Origin: an uncultured candidate division Zixibacteria bacterium
Lineage (GTDB): Bacteria > Zixibacteria > MSB-5A5 > GN15 > FEB-12
Length of the DNA: 64,000 nucleotides
Assembly (NCBI GenBank): GCA_963664195.1
Contig: OY760907.1
Location: 3,392,001 to 3,456,000, forward strand
Reading direction: 5' to 3'
Shown here: positions 10,218-18,700 of the stretch, in pieces
How the letters are laid out: each line of letters begins with the position of its first letter
Numbering within the stretch: the first letter of the stretch is position 1
Notes under the pieces: model-generated
What the model saw: the letters and a program-made list of their open reading frames with translations, nothing else
What the model was told of the DNA's origin: nothing
The model's database searches: none
Position numbers and translations under genes: made by a program

Positions 10218-10854
10218 AGACCACGCCGGTGATTCGTCGACTCCACAATTCGAACAACGTCAGTTTGTTGAACATCGAGCCGACCCACTTCGCACCAAAG
10301 GCAATCAACACAGCAAAGAGGAAGACCGGCAGCCCCGTTCCCACGCCGTAAATAACCGGCAGGGTGATAGTCGAATTCTCCCGCACCGCCAGAGGAATCA
10401 AACTGCCGAAAAACAGCGCGGCCGACACCGGACAGAACGAAAGCGCAAATGCAATCCCGAGCAGTCCGGCGCCCCATATCCCCATGGATTCGACTCGCTC
10501 CTGAAACTTCTCCCCCACACCGCCGCCTGAAACAGGTAGACGGATCCAACCAACAAGAACAACTCCGACAAGAACAAGAACCGGCCCGAGGAACTTGTTC
10601 ATATTCCGCTGCAGCCACATGGACGCGTCCGATACAGACATCACCAGCGAGACAAGCAACATACCCAGTACAAGATACGCTACGACCCGTCCCAGAGTAT
10701 AGAGCAGTCCGGAGAGAAACACCTGCCGCGAACTACCAACCCTCCGTCCTATGAACGATATCGCGGCGATATTGGTTGCCATGGGACAGGGACTGATCGA
10801 TGTCTGAATGCCCAGCCAAAGAGCAGACGCAGCAGCGACAAGGACACCGTCCAT
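10165..10854 (-). CDS. arsG: ArsG-family aromatic arsenical efflux permease (DsbD/CcdA-like)
   Basis: TSISPCPMATNIAAISFI and FALSFCPVSAALFFGSLIP motifs; multiple TM segments; operon context. Confidence 0.8.
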   Translation of the reverse strand: MDGVLVAAASALWLGIQTSISPCPMATNIAAISFIGRRVGSSRQVFLSGLLYTLGRVVAYLVLGMLLVSLVMSVSDASMWLQRNMNKFLGPVLVLVGVVLVGWIRLPVSGGGVGEKFQERVESMGIWGAGLLGIAFALSFCPVSAALFFGSLIPLAVRENSTITLPVIYGVGTGLPVFLFAVLIAFGAKWVGSMFNKLTLFELWSRRITGVVFIGIGLYFCLAYLFEVI

Positions 10855-11336
10855 TAATTCTCACCCAGAAACGTCTTGACCTCAGTCTGGACATAGTTTA
10901 CAAACGCCGAATCGTCACTCACCAATTCCCAAACCCTATCGAGATTCTTCCACGAAGCGGTGTCTCCGGCATTCGGTCTGACCAGCACCACCGACTGCGA
11001 GACAAGGCCATAATCTTTCACGATATGCTCGTTGCCTGCCTCCTCGAAGTTGACCACATCCCACGACAGCTTACCCTCGCCCAGAGCGTCGGCAAATCCC
11101 TCGGTTAAGGCCTTCGTTGCCAGTGATTCGATCTTGAGGCAGGTCTTGCAACGTCGGTTACTATGGAAATAGAAGGCCTGCACTTCGGCGGAGCCGGCCG
11201 TATGGTCGACTTCGGCAGTTGCAGCGATCTCCGTGGCCGGTACATCCTCCGCTACTTTTTCTTCTGAACCACACCCGACCAATACCATCAGGCCCAATAC
11301 CGACAACACTGCAAGAATCATATTGATCTGTTTCAT
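10854..11336 (-). CDS. arsF: ArsF-family thioredoxin-like lipoprotein
   Basis: Lipobox LVGC; YFHSNRRCKTC..IE and WKNLDRVW motifs; start MKQINM chosen. Confidence 0.75.
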   Translation of the reverse strand: MKQINMILAVLSVLGLMVLVGCGSEEKVAEDVPATEIAATAEVDHTAGSAEVQAFYFHSNRRCKTCLKIESLATKALTEGFADALGEGKLSWDVVNFEEAGNEHIVKDYGLVSQSVVLVRPNAGDTASWKNLDRVWELVSDDSAFVNYVQTEVKTFLGEN

Positions 11337-11389
11337 ACCACATCCTTCCGGAAATATCATCAATTGACTGTATTCGATTCACGCCCGAA

Positions 11390-11623
11390 TTAAGACAACA
11401 GCGCCACTATCTCGTCCTTCGAAGGTACTTTGCCTGTTACCTTGACCTCTCCGTCAACCACCAGGGCGGGTGTCATCATAACGCCGAATGCGAGGATTTC
11501 CTGAATGTCCGACACTTTGGTGACCTCACACTCCAAGCCGATTGAATCTGCCGCCTCTTTCGCTACCTCGTACAGTTTAACGCACTTGGCACATCCGGGC
11601 CCTAGAACCAGCACCTTTTTCAC
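11390..11623 (-). CDS. arsE: Small redox-active disulfide protein (MTH895/ArsE family)
   Basis: VLGPGCAKC, GVMMTPALVVDG; GTG start with GGAGA RBS. Confidence 0.85.
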   Translation of the reverse strand: MKKVLVLGPGCAKCVKLYEVAKEAADSIGLECEVTKVSDIQEILAFGVMMTPALVVDGEVKVTGKVPSKDEIVALLS

Positions 11624-11651
11624 TATTATTTCTCCAGCAAAACGTTATTCT

Positions 11652-12950
11652 CTAAAACCAGCTACCATATATCATGCCGCTGACCGTCGCCATCACGACC
11701 ACGAGCGCTACATACACTGTTGTCTTCTTAGTTCCCATCACGCTCCTGATTACCAACATGTTGGGCAGGGACAATGCCGGTCCGGCCAGTAACAGAGCCA
11801 GCGCGGGACCTTTTCCCATACCGTTGCCCATGAGGCCTTCGAGAATCGGAACCTCGGTCAAAGTCGCGAAATACATAAAGGCTCCCGCGACCGAAGCAAA
11901 CAGGTTCGAGCCAAGCGAATTGCCTCCCACTGAGTTCTCGATCCAAGCCGAGGGAATCAACCCTTCCTGCCCCGGCCTTCCAAGCAACACACCGGCGATC
12001 AACACTCCGAAAAACAGCAGCGGAAGTATCTGACGAGCAAACCCCCAGGATTCGGCAAACCATTCGCCGGTATCCCCTTTCGACGTGGAAGTCACAACAG
12101 ACAGGCCGACGATTCCACCGGCGAACGCAATAACGGGATAGCCGGGGAACGCCACCCCAAGAATCACGGCCGGCGCAGCCGCCAACAAGACACGTTTCCA
12201 GGGCATCTTGATCCACATGACAAGAATGACTGCCAGTGCCAATGCCGCAGCCGATGTTATCAGCCATTTGGCAGAAAACACGGCATGAAAGAACCCCGTC
12301 GCCTCTTCAGGGGAACCCCAGTTGGCAAATACCAGCACGGCCACCATGGATCCAAAGTAGATGCCGTTCTGCCACAACGGACGCCCGATATCCTCCTGTG
12401 GCTGAACCGCCTGGATTTTCACGCGCTCCTCGTCCTCCTTGCGGAAAAACAAATGCATGAACAATCCGATCACGACACTGAACACAATCGCCCCCACTGC
12501 ACGCGCAACGCCCATTTCCACTCCCAGCACACGAGCCGTGAGGACAATAGCGAGCACGTTGATTGCGGGACCCGCGTACAAAAACGCCGAGGCCGGACCA
12601 AGCCCTGCTCCCATTCGGTAGATTCCCGCAAACAACGGAAGCACCGTGCAGGAACAAACCGCGAGAATCCCCCCCGACACAGAGGCAACTCCGTACGCCA
12701 GAATCTTGTTAGCCCCCGCTCCGAGGTATTTCATCACCGAGGCCTGACTGATGAAAACTGCAATAGCCCCGGCTATGAAAAACGCAGGCAACAGGCACAG
12801 GACGACATGCTCACGCGCATACCACTTGACCAGATGGATCGCCTCAAGTAACGCGTTGTCAAACCGCAGGCTGCCGACCGGCAGATAGTAACAAGCCAGA
12901 AACACACTTACTATCGCCGCAAGCGGTTTCCATTCCTTTTTCCAATCCAT
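11652..12950 (-). CDS. arsP: ArsP/DUF318 family permease
   Basis: LAVCSCTVLPLFAG, GPAIN, FMYFATLTEVPI and GPALSLP motifs. Confidence 0.85.
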   Translation of the reverse strand: MDWKKEWKPLAAIVSVFLACYYLPVGSLRFDNALLEAIHLVKWYAREHVVLCLLPAFFIAGAIAVFISQASVMKYLGAGANKILAYGVASVSGGILAVCSCTVLPLFAGIYRMGAGLGPASAFLYAGPAINVLAIVLTARVLGVEMGVARAVGAIVFSVVIGLFMHLFFRKEDEERVKIQAVQPQEDIGRPLWQNGIYFGSMVAVLVFANWGSPEEATGFFHAVFSAKWLITSAAALALAVILVMWIKMPWKRVLLAAAPAVILGVAFPGYPVIAFAGGIVGLSVVTSTSKGDTGEWFAESWGFARQILPLLFFGVLIAGVLLGRPGQEGLIPSAWIENSVGGNSLGSNLFASVAGAFMYFATLTEVPILEGLMGNGMGKGPALALLLAGPALSLPNMLVIRSVMGTKKTTVYVALVVVMATVSGMIYGSWF

Positions 12951-12995
12951 TGCGTTTTCCCGGCACACCCCGAACGAGCCGTGCCTGCTTCTCTT

Positions 12996-13322
12996 CTATT
13001 TGATGTTCGTCACGGCCAGCTGAATCCGCGCGTTGTGTTCCAGCACCGACTCCAGACAACCAAAGAAATTCATTATGCACGGTGTCCGAAGCGAATAGAA
13101 TATCTGGGAGCCACGCTTATCTATGTCAACCAGACCCGCCCCTTTCAGCACGTTCAGATGCTTCGACACCGTAGACATATCGACATCCACCATTCTCGTT
13201 AGCTCGGCAACACACTGCTCACCAGCCGCCAGTTGGTCTAGCATGAATAGCCGAGTCGGATGTGCCATTGCCTTCAGGACAGCCGCCCGCGCATCGAACA
13301 GCTTTTTTGTCTTGTCATTCAT
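12996..13322 (-). CDS. arsR: ArsR/SmtB family transcriptional repressor
   Basis: LKAMAHPTRL...EQCVAEL...STVSKHL.VLK.AGLV; C-terminal Cys pair; GGAG RBS. Confidence 0.9.
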   Translation of the reverse strand: MNDKTKKLFDARAAVLKAMAHPTRLFMLDQLAAGEQCVAELTRMVDVDMSTVSKHLNVLKGAGLVDIDKRGSQIFYSLRTPCIMNFFGCLESVLEHNARIQLAVTNIK

Positions 13323-13344
13323 CACAATCTCCACGCGCATTGCC

Positions 13345-13390
13345 TATTTGGCCATTTCGCCAAATATACAAGTACATCTCAGATTGTCAA
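13345..13390 (-). promoter_or_regulatory. ars operon promoter with ArsR operator
   Basis: Minus strand TTGACA-N16-TATATT; perfect 8-6-8 inverted repeat TATTTGGC-CATTTC-GCCAAATA (13345-13366) overlapping the -10/+1 region. Confidence 0.75.
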
Positions 13391-13649
13391 CAGCTTATTT
13401 ACCTTATGTGTTTTCTCCCTTCGCAACGCACAAACAGTCCTGATTATCTTCCTTTTCCCTTGGAGATACGGCAAATCCCTGTATATTCGGGGAACAGTGG
13501 TTTTCGGAAGGCTACCCCGACCACTGAATTTGCAAACAGGCCGGCTCTTTGCCCGAATGCGGCAGAACCTCAACATCAACTTCAGCGAGCTTGCAACACA
13601 GTCTGCGTGCTTGGCTTGGCTCCTCGACAATGGGATTGGTACTGAAGAA

Positions 13650-15068
13650 ATGAAATTGACCCTGAAAATGTTTACGACCTGCATATACATGATGGCTCTC
13701 CTTGTGTCAGCCTCTTCCACGGCCTTCTCGGCCGGTATCACGGCAGATCACAACGCGGTGACCGCGTTTGACAATATCACGCCCGCCACAGTCGCGGAAA
13801 TCCAGAACACATATAGGTTCTACTACGGGCACACCTCTCACGGATCGCAAATCATGAGCGGCTTGGACATTGTCGAAGGCGAGAATTCTCTTTACACGCA
13901 ACCATACTTCAGCGAGGTCGGTACTGACCTCGGCCACAACGGCGACACGTCCTGGGTACCGCTCACGCGTGCCTATCTGAACAGCACTCCCTCCTGTAAC
14001 ACCGTCATGTGGTCGTGGTGCGGTGGTGCTTCAGACAACACACCGACCGGTATCAATATCTATCTGAACGCCTTAAACGGCCTTGAACAGGATTTCCCCG
14101 CCATCACATTCATATATATGACAGGGCACCTCGACGGCACCGGTCCCGACGGCAATCTGTATGCTATGAACAACCTCATTCGAGACTATTGCGAAACCAA
14201 CAGCAAGATACTCTTTGATTTCGCTGACATCGAAAGCTGGGATCCCGACGGCAATTATTATCCTGATGAAACCGATGCCTGCGGATGGTGTACTGACTGG
14301 TGTGCTACACACACCTGCCTCTCCTGCGCCAGCTGTGCGCATTCCCACTGCTACAACTGCTACGTGAAAGGGAAAGCCTTCTGGTGGTTGATGGCATCCA
14401 TTCTGGAACCACAGGATTCCGACTCGGACGGACACCTTGATGCCGACGACAATTGTCCGCAGAACTACAATCCGACTCAAGCCGATTCAGACAACGATAC
14501 CGTGGGCGACGCCTGCGACGAGTGTCCGGGGCATGATGATCGTATCGACTCCGACGTTGACCTCGTCCCCGACGGCTGCGACGAATGTCCGGGGCACGAC
14601 GATCGTATCGACACCGACAGTGACGGCGTCCCCGATGGCTGCGACGAGTGTCCGGGGCACGACGATCGTATCGACACCGACAGTGACGGCGTCCCCGATG
14701 GCTGCGACGAGTGTCCGGGGCATGATGATTTAGTCGACACAGACGGCGACAATCACCCCAACGATTGCGACAACTGCCCGTCAGTGCCAAACCCCGATCA
14801 GGAAGATTCCGACTCCGACGGGATTGGCGATGCTTGCGAAGAAACATGCTGTATCGGCACAAGCGGCAACGTCGATTGCTCAGGCGACGATCTGGTAACA
14901 ATGTCCGACCTTACTGTTCTTATAGATCATATGTTCATCAGTCTCGCCCCGCTCTGCTGCGTACCGGAGGCAGAGGTTGACGGAACACCGAAGATCACCA
15001 TGAGCGATCTGACCGTCGTGATTGACCACCTGTTTATCAACCTCATGCCGCTCCCTGACTGCCCGTAG
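13650..15068 (+). CDS. Secreted protein: putative SGNH-like hydrolase domain + thrombospondin type-3 repeats + dockerin-like C-terminus
   Basis: Start re-assigned to MKLTLK; signal peptide; YGHTSHGSQ, WSWCG, FDFADIES, CAHSH; DxDxDGxxDxCDxCP repeats; CC...GNVD...TMSDLTVLIDH x2. Confidence 0.7.
   Translation: MKLTLKMFTTCIYMMALLVSASSTAFSAGITADHNAVTAFDNITPATVAEIQNTYRFYYGHTSHGSQIMSGLDIVEGENSLYTQPYFSEVGTDLGHNGDTSWVPLTRAYLNSTPSCNTVMWSWCGGASDNTPTGINIYLNALNGLEQDFPAITFIYMTGHLDGTGPDGNLYAMNNLIRDYCETNSKILFDFADIESWDPDGNYYPDETDACGWCTDWCATHTCLSCASCAHSHCYNCYVKGKAFWWLMASILEPQDSDSDGHLDADDNCPQNYNPTQADSDNDTVGDACDECPGHDDRIDSDVDLVPDGCDECPGHDDRIDTDSDGVPDGCDECPGHDDRIDTDSDGVPDGCDECPGHDDLVDTDGDNHPNDCDNCPSVPNPDQEDSDSDGIGDACEETCCIGTSGNVDCSGDDLVTMSDLTVLIDHMFISLAPLCCVPEAEVDGTPKITMSDLTVVIDHLFINLMPLPDCP
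14514..14765 (+). repeat. 63-bp (21-aa) intragenic tandem repeat x4, TSP3-type
   Basis: Units start at 14514, 14577, 14640 and 14703 (CDECPGHDDRIDTDSDGVPDG); units 2 and 3 differ by 1 nt. Confidence 0.95.
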
Positions 15069-15530
15069 GCGCTGTGCTCCGACATCACCGCACAGGCATC
15101 ATCCAGCTTTTTTCGGCGCAGGAATTGCGACGGGGCTCTATTTCTATCGCCTCTCCACAGGCGAGTTTGATCGGCCCATGAGGGTGCTGCTTGGCAGTTA
15201 GTGCTCCCGGAAGACGATCCAACAACCGGCCGGTTCCTCGCCGCAGAGAGCCAGCTGAGCAGTAATTCATAAGGCGTTGCACCGCAGGTACTTAACGACC
15301 TGCACGTTCGGATGAGAGAGCGTACCTGCCTGCGTCGCAGATTCGTCTCCCGGTCCTCAGGCTTGTGGCCACAAGAACAAGACGGACAACCATGGCCACT
15401 CTTCGAACGCGCCCCTCCCTTATGTGAATGTCCCGCAGCTACTTACAATGCCAGACATTTGTGAACCCGCGGATGTGTTAATTCATCTGGCAAACACCAT
15501 TTCACTCGGGGTTCTACAGAAGAATTCACA

Positions 15531-15561
15531 TTGACATCCTCTACTATATTGTTATATTGTA
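15531..15561 (+). promoter_or_regulatory. Sigma70-type promoter of the Kgp-like gene
   Basis: TTGACA-N16-TATATTGTA with an extended TGn -10. Confidence 0.65.
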
Positions 15562-15714
15562 GCCTAGTATAGACTTTACTCACCAAAGACAGCCTCTTTG
15601 CTAAGTCTTTGCGGACAGGTACTCCGAAATAAACACAAGCACGCCTTCTTGCATGACAACTAGGACGATAAACAATAAACTCATTTTCTGTATCCTATTG
15701 GACTGGAGGTAGTT

Positions 15715-18700
15715 TTGCGGAAAGTAGCTATCGGATTTTGCACTACGCTGCTCCTGTGCCTCTCCCTTTCTGGACTCGCTTTTGCAGGCCAAGTACTGCA
15801 AATCAGCGGCGCTCAGAACGGCGTGACGGTATTGGATCAGGGCTCCGACGGGCTTACGTTACAATTGGACGTTGGCAATGTCACGTTCAGCGACGTAACA
15901 ACCAAAGGTGGAGACTTCACTCTTCTCTCAGCCACGAATCTGATTCGTTCCTGGGAAGTTGGTGAACCGAACCTTCCGGTTAGTAACAAATTGATCGTCA
16001 TACCCGACGGATGCGAACTCAAAGCATCAGTACTCTACTCTGAGTACGAGGACTTCAAGCTGTCTGATTACGGCCTGACCAATCTGATCATGCCTGCCCA
16101 GCCGCCGCTTGAGAAGTCTGTCGACCCGATGGACGTGCCGTTCGAGCACAACCAGGCCTTGTATGAACAGGCCGGTTTCTACGAACGCCCCATGGTCGAG
16201 GCAGAATTCCTGGGCGTCATGCGTGATGTCCGCCTTGGAATGGTCCATATTCGCCCGTTCCACTACAATCCCACGGAGAATACTCTTCGTGTGTACAAAA
16301 ACGTGCAGGTCAACGTTACTTTCGAGCATCCGAACTGGGCGAAGACCTACGCCGACATGGAACAGCACTACTCTCCGATGTTCACCTCCATATTCAACCG
16401 CACGTTGAACTATGAGAGTCTGGCCTCTGGCGTAAAGGCTGACCTGACCAAGTATCCGATCAAGTACGTCATCATTGCCGACCGGCAGTTTGAAGCCCAA
16501 TTGGTGCCATTCATCGAATGGAAAACCAAAAAGGGGTTCCATGTCGAAACGTACTACCTCGATGATATCGGATCGACCAATACGGTAGTCAGAGATTTCC
16601 TTGAGGGACTGTACAACGCGGGTACGACGGCCGATCCGGCACCGTCGTTTGTGTTGTTTGTCGCTGATGATAACCAGCTGCAGGCATTTGCCGGCTCGGC
16701 CGGTTCTCATATCACGGACTTGCGGTTCTGTGAATTCACGGGTGATGATTTCCCGGAAATCTACTACGGTCGTTTCTCCGCACAGACTCCTGCGCAACTG
16801 CAACCGCAGATTGACAAGACTCTGGAGTACGAACAGTACCAGATGCCCGATCCGTCCTACCTCGAGAGAGTGACTCTTGTGTCCGGTTCCGACGGTACCT
16901 ATGCCATCACTCACGGCAACGGTCAGATCAATTACGGTACGAATCTGTACTTCAACGAAGCTCACGGTATCAACGCAAACGTCTGGCTCTACCCTGAAAC
17001 GGGCAGTGGCGGTACGGTTGCCGCGGACATCATTCAGTCTGTCAGCGACGGCATATCGTTCTACAACTACACCGCTCACTGCGGCCATGATGGCACGGGC
17101 ACTCCATCCTTCACGACGTCAGACATCCCGGGCCTGACCAACTATCACCAATACCTCCTCGGTGTTGGCAACTGTTGTCTGTCAAACACTTTTGGCGATG
17201 ACTATTCCACCCCGTGCTTTGGCGAAGCCTTCCTGCAGGTTGAAGATAAAGGTGGCATTGGCTACATCGGCGCCACCAACAACACGATGTGGGATCCCGA
17301 TTACTACTGGGGTGTCGGTGCTGGTGATGTCGTATCGGAAGGCCCGCCTTACGAGGAGACAACTCTGGGTGCCTATGACGGCATTTTTCACGATCACGGT
17401 GAACCCCTTGCGGATCACTATGTAACCAATGGCGCCATGATTTTCGCCGGTAACCTCGGTGTTACCGAGGGTGGCTCCAGCGTCCAGTACTACTGGGAAG
17501 TGTATCACCTCATGGGTGACCCGTCTGTTATGACTTACATGGGCGTTCCGGCGGTCAACCCCGTCAGTCACATAGCGGCCCTCATGATGACGGCGCCGTC
17601 GATTGACGTTACTTGTGACCCGTACTCACTGGTCGCTATCAGTGTCGACGGCGTGCTCAAAGGTTCGGCTTTCGCCGACTCCAAGGGCACCGTTACCGTG
17701 CCGCTCGAAGCCTTTGACCAGCCCTGCACGGCAGACATCGTCGTCACCGCGCAGTTTAGACAGCCGTACATCTCGACAATTCAGGTGATCGCTCCTTCGG
17801 GACCGTACGTAGTTCTTGATTCCTACACGATTGACGATGCCGCCGGCAACAACAACGGCATGGTAGATTTCGGTGAGAGTATCGTTCTTGGCATGCAGCT
17901 GAAGAACGTTGGTCCGGACGACGCTCTTGACGTCAACGCGACCATCGCCACCGCTGACGGTTACGTGACGATCACCGATGACACCGAAGCCTACGGCACA
18001 ATCGCCGGTGACTTTGGTCTCAGCAACATCGCCGACGCCTTTGCGTTCGACGTTTTGCCGAGCGTCCCTGACGGCCACGTCGTCACGTTCACTCTGACCG
18101 TAACCGGTACGGCGCGGGATACGTGGGAAGGTACTTTCACCATCCCGGTCCACGCTCCTGAAATCGGTTATGTGTCTGTATCCATTGATGACGCTCTTGG
18201 TGGCGACGGCAACGGTATTCTTGATCCGGGTGAAACGGCTGACATTATTGTCACTGTTGAGAACTCCGGTTCGGGCGATGCCTTTGGTGTCGAGGCCTAC
18301 CTGAGCGAGTCCGATTCGTACGTCACGATTGACGATGACTACGGTCTGTTCGGCGACATCGCCGCCAGTGCTTCGACGTCTAACGCCGGTAACGTGTACA
18401 CGGCCACGGCCGACGCAGGCTGCCCGATGGGTCACGCAGTGTCGGTTGATCTGGCTCTGTCCACAACCGGTGGTTACACGACCACACTGAACTTCTCGTT
18501 GACGGTAGGTGACCGGGTGGTCTTCTACTTCGACGATTTCTCGGCCGATCTCGGCTGGACCGGTCTTGGTGGAGGCGCCGAGTGGCAGATTGGTGAATGT
18601 ATCGGCGGCGGCACGACCGGCCGTCTCGATCCTACCGAGGATCATACTTCCAGTTCTGACAACCGGGTACTGGGTAACGATCTGACCTCGGCCGGTTTGT

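Noticed and set aside
13260..13649. Extended N-termini in the ORF track (2324, 8992, 13260, 22815, 23482, 57967)
   Set aside because: They overlap neighbouring genes or promoters; downstream starts give a proper RBS or signal peptide.
14280..14362. c-type heme-binding motifs near ccm genes
   Set aside because: The Cys clusters (CASCAH, CGWC, CYNC) are not CxxCH.
14514..14765. Regular repeats as a possible CRISPR array
   Set aside because: Contiguous in-frame 63-bp coding repeats with no unique spacers, and no cas genes in the window.
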